A stretch of 63,719 bases of DNA, filler included, from Asterionella formosa (GCA_002256025.1; 13 parts of 13 records of this genome joined end to end with filler, not necessarily neighbours in it); one strand, 5' to 3'; shown: positions 48,467-60,897, numbered from the whole stretch's first letter. A program made the numbers and translations. The notes: a model not told the origin generated them from the letters alone.

Positions 48467-48699
48467 TAAACANNNNNNNNNNNNNNNNNNNNNNNNNNNN
48501 NNNNNNNNNNNNNNNNTTAATTAATTAANNNNNNNNNNNNNNNNNNNNNNNNNNNNNNNNNNNNNNNNNNNNAGAATAACACGTTTTGTCACGAATTTTT
48601 GATACCGGTAGTTTACAAATCTGAAACAATCCATCTGTAGCTGAGCATGTAGCGCTCCTCTATGAATGAATGAGCTAAATTGAACATTCATTTGTGTAA

Positions 48700-49997
48700 G
48701 GGTCGTTCTTATCATTTTTTTTCGTGTATCACGGAATTTGAATTTTTTTGAAAATGTATCAGCAACGGTAACTCGATTTGAACTGAATTTCATTCATTCC
48801 AAAAGTGTCACTGTATCACTAATTTGTGATCACATTGTATCATGGAGTAAAATGAATCTTCAACGGCAACAGGCTGGCGAAGATCATGTGTATATCCCTC
48901 CAGAATATAATGATGGTCTTGATATCAAGCAACAACAAAATATAATTACCGGGAAACTAAATATAATATTAAAAACACACATTTGCATGAATCATGTCGT
49001 CGCCATTTGATTTACTTGATGATAATGACGATGACAGTAGTGATCTTGATTTCTTCTTCCTCTGTCATTTAACTAAGGAAGCAGAGGAAAAAGAACACTC
49101 ATCCAAACGACAAAGGCGACGCTGTAAACGGCAGCTTCAGTCATCTGAACGACGACGACAACGAAGGCACAAGTGGCACCACGAAAGAATCTCCTGGCAA
49201 TCACATGTCGAGAAACTCAATCACGAGATTGCTTTCGAGAAGACATACAGAATGTCACACAGAGCATTCAAAAAACTCACCTCCATGCTGGAAATTCAGA
49301 TTGCAGGGAATTATTCCAAATGTGGCACTTCTGAGCCCATAATTCCCGAAATTGTGGTAGCCATTGGTTTGCGATGGCTGGCTGGTGGCAGTTACATCGA
49401 CATTCGTCATGCCTACGGTTGTAGCATTGCTTCACTTTATCGATGTCGTGATTTGTTCATTGATGCTGTACTAAACTGTGAAGAACTCGAAATTATTTTT
49501 CCAAAAGAAAAAGAAGAATTTATCAAATTGGCTTCCAGCTTTGAATGCAAAAGCTCAGAGGGCGTGATGAGAGGATGTGTTGGTGCTATTGACGGCTTCC
49601 TTGCCACCATCAACCGCCCGACTATAGTTGAAAGTGGCAACAACCCTGGTTCATTTTTTTCCGGTCACTACATGACTTATGGAATCAATGTCCAGGCTGT
49701 TTGTGATGCTGACTCAAGATTTATTTATTTTGGTGTAATTGCACCGGGAAAATGCAGTGACCAAGTAGCTTTTGAAAAAACTTCCATTTTCGATCAAGTT
49801 GCAGCATTCAACACAGGTTTTTATCTGGTCGGCGATGCAGCTTACACATTGTCTGATGTAATGCTTGTTCCCTTTGTTGGCTCACAACGTGATGATCCAA
49901 CACAGGATACATTTAACTTTTTCCTTTCACAGCTAAGGATAAGAATAGAAATGGCATTTGGTCTTCTTCAGACAAAATGGTGTGTTCTGAAAAAAAA
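48700..49997 (+). mobile_element. PIF/Harbinger transposon, 5' 1298 bp (copy 1; target TAA)
   Basis: Identity with the other nine copies starts at GGGTCGTTCTTATCA (48700), preceded by TAA 48697-48699. Confidence 0.93.
48994..49997 (+). CDS. Harbinger/PIF transposase (DDE_Tnp_4), 3'-partial
   Basis: FEKTYRMSHRAFKKL, HTH-like GLRWLAGGSYIDIRHAYG, GCVGAIDG (D200), NVQAVCD, YLVGDAAY (D281) and RIRIEMAFGLLQTKW (E319). Confidence 0.93.
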
Positions 49998-50224
49998 NNN
50001 NNNNNNNNNNNNNNNNNNNNNNNNNNNNNNNNNNNNNNNNNTTAATTAATTAANNNNNNNNNNNNNNNNNNNNNNNNNNNNNNNNNNNNNNNNNNNNGCG
50101 ATACACACAGATACACATTTCGGAGCAACAAAAAATGTGTCGCTGGAAGAAACATATCACCCGGATATGTGAGATACAAAAAATTGGGCCAAGCAACATT
50201 TTTTTGATTTTTGTATCTCTGTTA

Positions 50225-51522
50225 GGGTCGTTCTTATCATTTTTTTTCGTGTATCACGGAATTTGAATTTTTTTGAAAATGTATCAGCAACGGTAACTCG
50301 ATTTGAACTGAATTTCATTCATTCCAAAAGTGTCACTGTATCACTAATTTGTGATCACATTGTATCATGGAGTAAAATGAATCTTCAACGGCAACAGGCT
50401 GGCGAAGATCATGTGTATATCCCTCCAGAATATAATGATGGTCTTGATATCAAGCAACAACAAAATATAATTACCGGGAAACTAAATATAATATTAAAAA
50501 CACACATTTGCATGAATCATGTCGTCGCCATTTGATTTACTTGATGATAATGACGATGACAGTAGTGATCTTGATTTCTTCTTCCTCTGTCATTTAACTA
50601 AGGAAGCAGAGGAAAAAGAACACTCATCCAAACGACAAAGGCGACGCTGTAAACGGCAGCTTCAGTCATCTGAACGACGACGACAACGAAGGCACAAGTG
50701 GCACCACGAAAGAATCTCCTGGCAATCACATGTCGAGAAACTCAATCACGAGATTGCTTTCGAGAAGACATACAGAATGTCACACAGAGCATTCAAAAAA
50801 CTCACCTCCATGCTGGAAATTCAGATTGCAGGGAATTATTCCAAATGTGGCACTTCTTAGCCCATAATTCGCGAAATTGTGGTAGCCATTGGTTTGCGAT
50901 TGCTGGCTGGTGGCAGTTACATCGACATTCGTCATGCCTACGGTTGTAGCATTGCTTCACTTTATCGATGTCGTGATTTGTTCATTGATGCTGTACTAAA
51001 CTGTGAAGAACTCGAAATTATTTTTCCAAAAGAAAAAGAAGAATTTATCAAATTGGCTTCCAGCTTTGAATGCAAAAGCTCAGAGGGCGTGATGAGAGGA
51101 TGTGTTGGTGCTATTGACGGCTTCCTTGCCACCATCAACCGCCCGACTATAGTTGAAAGTGGCAACAACCCTGGTTCATTTTTTTCCGGTCACTACATGA
51201 CTTATGGAATCAATGTCCAGGCTGTTTGTGATGCTGACTCAAGATTTATTTATTTTGGTGTAATTGCACCGGGAAAATGCAGTGACCAAGTAGCTTTTGA
51301 AAAAACTTCCATTTTCGATCAAGTTGCAGCATTCAACACAGGTTTTTATCTGGTCGGCGATGCAGCTTACACATTGTCTGATGTAATGCTTGTTCCCTTT
51401 GTTGGCTCACAACGTGATGATCCAACACAGGATACATTTAACTTTTTCCTTTCACAGCTAAGGATAAGAATAGAAATGGCATTTGGTCTTCTTCAGACAA
51501 AATGGTGTGTTCTGAAAAAAAA
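50225..51522 (+). mobile_element. PIF/Harbinger transposon 5' end (copy 2; target TTA)
   Basis: TTA 50222-50224 then GGGTCG; 1298 bp. Confidence 0.93.
50519..51522 (+). pseudogene. Harbinger transposase with premature stop
   Basis: GAG>TAG at 50858, plus substitutions at 50871 and 50901 relative to the other copies. Confidence 0.7.
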
Positions 51523-51622
51523 NNNNNNNNNNNNNNNNNNNNNNNNNNNNNNNNNNNNNNNNNNNNTTAATTAATTAANNNNNNNNNNNNNNNNNNNNNN
51601 NNNNNNNNNNNNNNNNNNNNNN

Positions 51623-52626
51623 TTTTTTTTCAGAACACACCATTTTGTCTGAAGAAGACCAAATGCCATTTCTATTCTTATCCTTAGCTGTGAAAGGAAA
51701 AAGTTAAATGTATCCTGTGTTGGATCATCACGTTGTGAGCCAACAAAGGGAACAAGCATTACATCAGACAATGTGTAAGCTGCATCGCCGACCAGATAAA
51801 AACCTGTGTTGAATGCTGCAACTTGATCGAAAATGGAAGTTTTTTCAAAAGCTACTTGGTCACTGCATTTTCCCGGTGCAATTACACCAAAATAAATAAA
51901 TCTTGAGTCAGCATCACAAACAGCCTGGACATTGATTCCATAAGTCATGTAGTGACCGGAAAAAAATGAACCAGGGTTGTTGCCACTTTCAACTATAGTC
52001 GGGCGGTTGATGGTGGCAAGGAAGCCGTCAATAGCACCAACACATCCTCTCATCACGCCCTCTGAGCTTTTGCATTCAAAGCTGGAAGCCAATTTGATAA
52101 ATTCTTCTTTTTCTTTTGGAAAAATAATTTCGAGTTCTTCACAGTTTAGTACAGCATCAATGAACAAATCACGACATCGATAAAGTGAAGCAATGCTACA
52201 ACCGTAGGCATGACGAATGTCGATGTAACTGCCACCAGCCAGCCATCGCAAACCAATGGCTACCACAATTTCGGGAATTATGGGCTCAGAAGTGCCACAT
52301 TTGGAATAATTCCCTGCAATCTGAATTTCCAGCATGGAGGTGAGTTTTTTGAATGCTCTGTGTGACATTCTGTATGTCTTCTCGAAAGCAATCTCGTGAT
52401 TGAGTTTCTCGACATGTGATTGCCAGGAGATTCTTTCGTGGTGCCACTTGTGCCTTCGTTGTCGTCGTCGTTCAGATGACTGAAGCTGCCGTTTACAGCG
52501 TCGCCTTTGTCGTTTGGATGAGTGTTCTTTTTCCTCTGCTTCCTTAGTTAAATGACAGAGGAAGAAGAAATCAAGATCACTACTGTCATCGTCATTATCA
52601 TCAAGTAAATCAAATGGCGACGACAT
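51623..52626 (-). CDS. Harbinger/PIF transposase, 3'-partial
   Basis: Same protein as copy 1. Confidence 0.9.
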
Positions 52627-52920
52627 GATTCATGCAAATGTGTGTTTTTAATATTATATTTAGTTTCCCGGTAATTATATTTTGTTGTTGCTTGATATCA
52701 AGACCATCATTATATTCTGGAGGGATATACACATGATCTTCGCCAGCCTGTTGCCGTTGAAGATTCATTTTACTCCATGATACAATGTGATCACAAATTA
52801 GTGATACAGTGACACTTTTGGAATGAATGAAATTCAGTTCAAATCGAGTTACCGTTGCTGATACATTTTCAAAAAAATTCAAATTCCGTGATACACGAAA
52901 AAAAATGATAAGAACGACCC
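51623..52920 (-). mobile_element. PIF/Harbinger transposon 5' end (copy 3; target TTA)
   Basis: ...AGAACGACCC ends at 52920, followed by TAA on the plus strand. Confidence 0.93.
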
Positions 52921-53147
52921 TAAGATAGCGCCGAGTAGTACCGGTACCTGGTACCTGGTACCAGGTACAAGGAAGGTCCAGTAGTGTTGAAATATATGGC
53001 GCCTACTCTAGCGCGCTCCAGTACCAGGTACTGCCCTGGAATGACCGNNNNNNNNNNNNNNNNNNNNNNNNNNNNNNNNNNNNNNNNNNNNTTAATTAAT
53101 TAANNNNNNNNNNNNNNNNNNNNNNNNNNNNNNNNNNNNNNNNNNNN

Positions 53148-54151
53148 TTTTTTTTCAGAACACACCATTTTGTCTGAAGAAGACCAAATGCCATTTCTAT
53201 TCTTATCCTTAGCTGTGAAAGGAAAAAGTTAAATGTATCCTGTGTTGGATCATCACGTTGTGAGCCAACAAAGGGAACAAGCATTACATCAGACAATGTG
53301 TAAGCTGCATCGCCGACCAGATAAAAACCTGTGTTGAATGCTGCAACTTGATCGAAAATGGAAGTTTTTTCAAAAGCTACTTGGTCACTGCATTTTCCCG
53401 GTGCAATTACACCAAAATAAATAAATCTTGAGTCAGCATCACAAACAGCCTGGACATTGATTCCATAAGTCATGTAGTGACCGGAAAAAAATGAACCAGG
53501 GTTGTTGCCACTTTCAACTATAGTCGGGCGGTTGATGGTGGCAAGGAAGCCGTCAATAGCACCAACACATCCTCTCATCACGCCCTCTGAGCTTTTGCAT
53601 TCAAAGCTGGAAGCCAATTTGATAAATTCTTCTTTTTCTTTTGGAAAAATAATTTCGAGTTCTTCACAGTTTAGTACAGCATCAATGAACAAATCACGAC
53701 ATCGATAAAGTGAAGCAATGCTACAACCGTAGGCATGACGAATGTCGATGTAACTGCCACCAGCCAGCCATCGCAAGCCAATGGCTACCACAATTTCGGG
53801 AATTATGGGCTCAGAAGTGCCACATTTGGAATAATTCCCTGCAATCTGAATTTCCAGCATGGAGGTGAGTTTTTTGAATGCTCTGTGTGACATTCTGTAT
53901 GTCTTCTCGAAAGCAATCTCGTGATTGAGTTTCTCGACATGTGATTGCCAGGAGATTCTTTCGTGGTGCCACTTGTGCCTTCGTTGTCGTCGTCGTTCAG
54001 ATGACTGAAGCTGCCGTTTACAGCGTCGCCTTTGTCGTTTGGATGAGTGTTCTTTTTCCTCTGCTTCCTTAGTTAAATGACAGAGGAAGAAGAAATCAAG
54101 ATCACTACTGTCATCGTCATTATCATCAAGTAAATCAAATGGCGACGACAT
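53148..54151 (-). CDS. Harbinger/PIF transposase, 3'-partial
   Basis: Same protein as copy 1. Confidence 0.9.
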
Positions 54152-54445
54152 GATTCATGCAAATGTGTGTTTTTAATATTATATTTAGTTTCCCGGTAAT
54201 TATATTTTGTTGTTGCTTGATATCAAGACCATCATTATATTCTGGAGGGATATACACATGATCTTCGCCAGCCTGTTGCCGTTGAAGATTCATTTTACTC
54301 CATGATACAATGTGATCACAAATTAGTGATACAGTGACACTTTTGGAATGAATGAAATTCAGTTCAAATCGAGTTACCGTTGCTGATACATTTTCAAAAA
54401 AATTCAAATTCCGTGATACACGAAAAAAAATGATAAGAACGACCC
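53148..54445 (-). mobile_element. PIF/Harbinger transposon 5' end (copy 4; target TTA)
   Basis: Terminus at 54445 then TAA; one silent substitution at 53777. Confidence 0.93.
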
Positions 54446-54672
54446 TAAGTGAAAGGTGTACACTTTACATTACGCACAAGACTACCTGGTACCATGGAAC
54501 CCATACGTAGTTCATCGACATGTACACGAGAGTGATCATGATTAGTACGTGATGCTATACACACGGTTACTANNNNNNNNNNNNNNNNNNNNNNNNNNNN
54601 NNNNNNNNNNNNNNNNTTAATTAATTAANNNNNNNNNNNNNNNNNNNNNNNNNNNNNNNNNNNNNNNNNNNN

Positions 54673-55676
54673 TTTTTTTTCAGAACACACCATTTTGTCT
54701 GAAGAAGACCAAATGCCATTTCTATTCTTATCCTTAGCTGTGAAAGGAAAAAGTTAAATGTATCCTGTGTTGGATCATCACGTTGTGAGCCAACAAAGGG
54801 AACAAGCATTACATCAGACAATGTGTAAGCTGCATCGCCGACCAGATAAAAACCTGTGTTGAATGCTGCAACTTGATCGAAAATGGAAGTTTTTTCAAAA
54901 GCTACTTGGTCACTGCATTTTCCCGGTGCAATTACACCAAAATAAATAAATCTTGAGTCAGCATCACAAACAGCCTGGACATTGATTCCATAAGTCATGT
55001 AGTGACCGGAAAAAAATGAACCAGGGTTGTTGCCACTTTCAACTATAGTCGGGCGGTTGATGGTGGCAAGGAAGCCGTCAATAGCACCAACACATCCTCT
55101 CATCACGCCCTCTGAGCTTTTGCATTCAAAGCTGGAAGCCAATTTGATAAATTCTTCTTTTTCTTTTGGAAAAATAATTTCGAGTTCTTCACAGTTTAGT
55201 ACAGCATCAATGAACAAATCACGACATCGATAAAGTGAAGCAATGCTACAACCGTAGGCATGACGAATGTCGATGTAACTGCCACCAGCCAGCCATCGCA
55301 AACCAATGGCTACCACAATTTCGGGAATTATGGGCTCAGAAGTGCCACATTTGGAATAATTCCCTGCAATCTGAATTTCCAGCATGGAGGTGAGTTTTTT
55401 GAATGCTCTGTGTGACATTCTGTATGTCTTCTCGAAAGCAATCTCGTGATTGAGTTTCTCGACATGTGATTGCCAGGAGATTCTTTCGTGGTGCCACTTG
55501 TGCCTTCGTTGTCGTCGTCGTTCAGATGACTGAAGCTGCCGTTTACAGCGTCGCCTTTGTCGTTTGGATGAGTGTTCTTTTTCCTCTGCTTCCTTAGTTA
55601 AATGACAGAGGAAGAAGAAATCAAGATCACTACTGTCATCGTCATTATCATCAAGTAAATCAAATGGCGACGACAT
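54673..55676 (-). CDS. Harbinger/PIF transposase, 3'-partial
   Basis: Same protein as copy 1. Confidence 0.9.
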
Positions 55677-55970
55677 GATTCATGCAAATGTGTGTTTTTA
55701 ATATTATATTTAGTTTCCCGGTAATTATATTTTGTTGTTGCTTGATATCAAGACCATCATTATATTCTGGAGGGATATACACATGATCTTCGCCAGCCTG
55801 TTGCCGTTGAAGATTCATTTTACTCCATGATACAATGTGATCACAAATTAGTGATACAGTGACACTTTTGGAATGAATGAAATTCAGTTCAAATCGAGTT
55901 ACCGTTGCTGATACATTTTCAAAAAAATTCAAATTCCGTGATACACGAAAAAAAATGATAAGAACGACCC
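54673..55970 (-). mobile_element. PIF/Harbinger transposon 5' end (copy 5; target TTA)
   Basis: Terminus at 55970 then TAA. Confidence 0.93.
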
Positions 55971-56197
55971 TAATATTACAATTATTTTCGTCAAGTGAAA
56001 AATGAGAAGAGTTCTTCACCTCGCAAGAAAAACGCGACTTCATGTTGTTATCGGCGATCTCAATTTTCGTTGTCATTATTAGTGTTATTACTTTACTNNN
56101 NNNNNNNNNNNNNNNNNNNNNNNNNNNNNNNNNNNNNNNNNTTAATTAATTAANNNNNNNNNNNNNNNNNNNNNNNNNNNNNNNNNNNNNNNNNNNN

Positions 56198-57201
56198 TTT
56201 TTTTTCAGAACACACCATTTTGTCTGAAGAAGACCAAATGCCATTTCTATTCTTATCCTTAGCTGTGAAAGGAAAAAGTTAAATGTATCCTGTGTTGGAT
56301 CATCACGTTGTGAGCCAACAAAGGGAACAAGCATTACATCAGACAATGTGTAAGCTGCATCGCCGACCAGATAAAAACCTGTGTTGAATGCTGCAACTTG
56401 ATCGAAAATGGAAGTTTTTTCAAAAGCTACTTGGTCACTGCATTTTCCCGGTGCAATTACACCAAAATAAATAAATCTTGAGTCAGCATCACAAACAGCC
56501 TGGACATTGATTCCATAAGTCATGTAGTGACCGGAAAAAAATGAACCAGGGTTGTTGCCACTTTCAACTATAGTCGGGCGGTTGATGGTGGCAAGGAAGC
56601 CGTCAATAGCACCAACACATCCTCTCATCACGCCCTCTGAGCTTTTGCATTCAAAGCTGGAAGCCAATTTGATAAATTCTTCTTTTTCTTTTGGAAAAAT
56701 AATTTCGAGTTCTTCACAGTTTAGTACAGCATCAATGAACAAATCACGACATCGATAAAGTGAAGCAATGCTACAACCGTAGGCATGACGAATGTCGATG
56801 TAACTGCCACCAGCCAGCCATCGCAAACCAATGGCTACCACAATTTCGGGAATTATGGGCTCAGAAGTGCCACATTTGGAATAATTCCCTGCAATCTGAA
56901 TTTCCAGCATGGAGGTGAGTTTTTTGAATGCTCTGTGTGACATTCTGTATGTCTTCTCGAAAGCAATCTCGTGATTGAGTTTCTCGACATGTGATTGCCA
57001 GGAGATTCTTTCGTGGTGCCACTTGTGCCTTCGTTGTCGTCGTCGTTCAGATGACTGAAGCTGCCGTTTACAGCGTCGCCTTTGTCGTTTGGATGAGTGT
57101 TCTTTTTCCTCTGCTTCCTTAGTTAAATGACAGAGGAAGAAGAAATCAAGATCACTACTGTCATCGTCATTATCATCAAGTAAATCAAATGGCGACGACA
57201 T
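56198..57201 (-). CDS. Harbinger/PIF transposase, 3'-partial
   Basis: Same protein as copy 1. Confidence 0.9.
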
Positions 57202-57495
57202 GATTCATGCAAATGTGTGTTTTTAATATTATATTTAGTTTCCCGGTAATTATATTTTGTTGTTGCTTGATATCAAGACCATCATTATATTCTGGAGGGA
57301 TATACACATGATCTTCGCCAGCCTGTTGCCGTTGAAGATTCATTTTACTCCATGATACAATGTGATCACAAATTAGTGATACAGTGACACTTTTGGAATG
57401 AATGAAATTCAGTTCAAATCGAGTTACCGTTGCTGATACATTTTCAAAAAAATTCAAATTCCGTGATACACGAAAAAAAATGATAAGAACGACCC
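56198..57495 (-). mobile_element. PIF/Harbinger transposon 5' end (copy 6; target TTA)
   Basis: Terminus at 57495 then TAA. Confidence 0.93.
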
Positions 57496-57722
57496 TAAGA
57501 GAGGTCGATGATATAATTTATTCAGTCTTTTTGAGCTCCTGTGTGCGTTGCGTCAGCCCACGTTGTCCATTTCAGCAAAATTACAGCAACCGCCTGCAGG
57601 TAGGTTGCTTGTACCTGTAGTANNNNNNNNNNNNNNNNNNNNNNNNNNNNNNNNNNNNNNNNNNNNTTAATTAATTAANNNNNNNNNNNNNNNNNNNNNN
57701 NNNNNNNNNNNNNNNNNNNNNN

Positions 57723-58726
57723 TTTTTTTTCAGAACACACCATTTTGTCTGAAGAAGACCAAATGCCATTTCTATTCTTATCCTTAGCTGTGAAAGGAAA
57801 AAGTTAAATGTATCCTGTGTTGGATCATCACGTTGTGAGCCAACAAAGGGAACAAGCATTACATCAGACAATGTGTAAGCTGCATCGCCGACCAGATAAA
57901 AACCTGTGTTGAATGCTGCAACTTGATCGAAAATGGAAGTTTTTTCAAAAGCTACTTGGTCACTGCATTTTCCCGGTGCAATTACACCAAAATAAATAAA
58001 TCTTGAGTCAGCATCACAAACAGCCTGGACATTGATTCCATAAGTCATGTAGTGACCGGAAAAAAATGAACCAGGGTTGTTGCCACTTTCAACTATAGTC
58101 GGGCGGTTGATGGTGGCAAGGAAGCCGTCAATAGCACCAACACATCCTCTCATCACGCCCTCTGAGCTTTTGCATTCAAAGCTGGAAGCCAATTTGATAA
58201 ATTCTTCTTTTTCTTTTGGAAAAATAATTTCGAGTTCTTCACAGTTTAGTACAGCATCAATGAACAAATCACGACATCGATAAAGTGAAGCAATGCTACA
58301 ACCGTAGGCATGACGAATGTCGATGTAACTGCCACCAGCCAGCCATCGCAAACCAATGGCTACCACAATTTCGGGAATTATGGGCTCAGAAGTGCCACAT
58401 TTGGAATAATTCCCTGCAATCTGAATTTCCAGCATGGAGGTGAGTTTTTTGAATGCTCTGTGTGACATTCTGTATGTCTTCTCGAAAGCAATCTCGTGAT
58501 TGAGTTTCTCGACATGTGATTGCCAGGAGATTCTTTCGTGGTGCCACTTGTGCCTTCGTTGTCGTCGTCGTTCAGATGACTGAAGCTGCCGTTTACAGCG
58601 TCGCCTTTGTCGTTTGGATGAGTGTTCTTTTTCCTCTGCTTCCTTAGTTAAATGACAGAGGAAGAAGAAATCAAGATCACTACTGTCATCGTCATTATCA
58701 TCAAGTAAATCAAATGGCGACGACAT
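57723..58726 (-). CDS. Harbinger/PIF transposase, 3'-partial
   Basis: Same protein as copy 1. Confidence 0.9.
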
Positions 58727-59020
58727 GATTCATGCAAATGTGTGTTTTTAATATTATATTTAGTTTCCCGGTAATTATATTTTGTTGTTGCTTGATATCA
58801 AGACCATCATTATATTCTGGAGGGATATACACATGATCTTCGCCAGCCTGTTGCCGTTGAAGATTCATTTTACTCCATGATACAATGTGATCACAAATTA
58901 GTGATACAGTGACACTTTTGGAATGAATGAAATTCAGTTCAAATCGAGTTACCGTTGCTGATACATTTTCAAAAAAATTCAAATTCCGTGATACACGAAA
59001 AAAAATGATAAGAACGACCC
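57723..59020 (-). mobile_element. PIF/Harbinger transposon 5' end (copy 7; target TAA)
   Basis: Terminus at 59020 then TTA on the plus strand. Confidence 0.93.
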
Positions 59021-59373
59021 TTACTTACATTGTCGGCAGCTCCAATGGCGACGACATGCCTGTAAATAGATCATTACATAGAACATTTAACTTTCCAAAT
59101 ATTCCATCCCATCTTATTAATTGTATGTTCGTCTTCATTAACATTAGNNNNNNNNNNNNNNNNNNNNNNNNNNNNNNNNNNNNNNNNNNNNTTAATTAAT
59201 TAANNNNNNNNNNNNNNNNNNNNNNNNNNNNNNNNNNNNNNNNNNNNAAATAACGGTGCTATAATCATAACACGCTTGGTCAATATGTGTGTGTGATGGC
59301 GTACGTTGCTGGGAGTCCCATCAACGTTTTTGTACCGTTATTTCGGCTTGTCCCTTCGCTGACCATTTTCTTA

Positions 59374-60671
59374 GGGTCGTTCTTATCATTTTTTTTCGTG
59401 TATCACGGAATTTGAATTTTTTTGAAAATGTATCAGCAACGGTAACTCGATTTGAACTGAATTTCATTCATTCCAAAAGTGTCACTGTATCACTAATTTG
59501 TGATCACATTGTATCATGGAGTAAAATGAATCTTCAACGGCAACAGGCTGGCGAAGATCATGTGTATATCCCTCCAGAATATAATGATGGTCTTGATATC
59601 AAGCAACAACAAAATATAATTACCGGGAAACTAAATATAATATTAAAAACACACATTTGCATGAATCATGTCGTCGCCATTTGATTTACTTGATGATAAT
59701 GACGATGACAGTAGTGATCTTGATTTCTTCTTCCTCTGTCATTTAACTAAGGAAGCAGAGGAAAAAGAACACTCATCCAAACGACAAAGGCGACGCTGTA
59801 AACGGCAGCTTCAGTCATCTGAACGACGACGACAACGAAGGCACAAGTGGCACCACGAAAGAATCTCCTGGCAATCACATGTCGAGAAACTCAATCACGA
59901 GATTGCTTTCGAGAAGACATACAGAATGTCACACAGAGCATTCAAAAAACTCACCTCCATGCTGGAAATTCAGATTGCAGGGAATTATTCCAAATGTGGC
60001 ACTTCTGAGCCCATAATTCCCGAAATTGTGGTAGCCATTGGTTTGCGATGGCTGGCTGGTGGCAGTTACATCGACATTCGTCATGCCTACGGTTGTAGCA
60101 TTGCTTCACTTTATCGATGTCGTGATTTGTTCATTGATGCTGAACTAAACTGTGAATAACTCGAAATTATTTTTCCAAAAGAAAAAGAAGAATTTATCAA
60201 ATTGGCTTCCAGCTTTGAATGCAAAAGCTCAGAGGGCGTGATGAGAGGATGTGTTGGTGCTATTGACGGCTTCCTTGCCACCATCAACCGCCCGACTATA
60301 GTTGAAAGTGGCAACAACCCTGGTTCATTTTTTTCCGGTCACTACATGACTTATGGAATCAATGTCCAGGCTGTTTGTGATGCTGACTCAAGATTTATTT
60401 ATTTTGGTGTAATTGCACCGGGAAAATGCAGTGACCAAGTAGCTTTTGAAAAAACTTCCATTTTCGATCAAGTTGCAGCATTCAACACAGGTTTTTATCT
60501 GGTCGGCGATGCAGCTTACACATTGTCTGATGTAATGCTTGTTCCCTTTGTTGGCTCACAACGTGATGATCCAACACAGGATACATTTAACTTTTTCCTT
60601 TCACAGCTAAGGATAAGAATAGAAATGGCATTTGGTCTTCTTCAGACAAAATGGTGTGTTCTGAAAAAAAA
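59374..60671 (+). mobile_element. PIF/Harbinger transposon 5' end (copy 8; target TTA)
   Basis: TTA 59371-59373 then GGGTCG. Confidence 0.93.
59668..60671 (+). pseudogene. Harbinger transposase with premature stop
   Basis: GAA>TAA at 60157 and T>A at 60143. Confidence 0.7.
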
Positions 60672-60897
60672 NNNNNNNNNNNNNNNNNNNNNNNNNNNNN
60701 NNNNNNNNNNNNNNNTTAATTAATTAANNNNNNNNNNNNNNNNNNNNNNNNNNNNNNNNNNNNNNNNNNNNCCCAGGGTATCTGGAACTGGCGTACCCTA
60801 AAATACTTCTAAGATATACCGGGTGGAAGTTTCATGTCCCATGATTCACTCATGCCCTTTGTTTTTTTCTTGTTTAGTCCTTTGTTATTCATGTTTA

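Noticed and set aside
48738..49010. 90-aa ORF upstream of the transposase as the Myb/SANT helper gene
   Set aside because: TTG start, overlaps the subterminal repeats and has no Trp-spaced Myb pattern. It recurs only because the DNA is identical.
49437..49643. 68-aa antisense ORF inside every transposase copy
   Set aside because: Shadow ORF with a non-ATG start and no recognisable motif.
50222..50227. TTAGGG formed at most Harbinger junctions, suggesting telomere targeting
   Set aside because: A single hexamer produced by TTA target plus GGG terminus; the flanks have no telomeric arrays.
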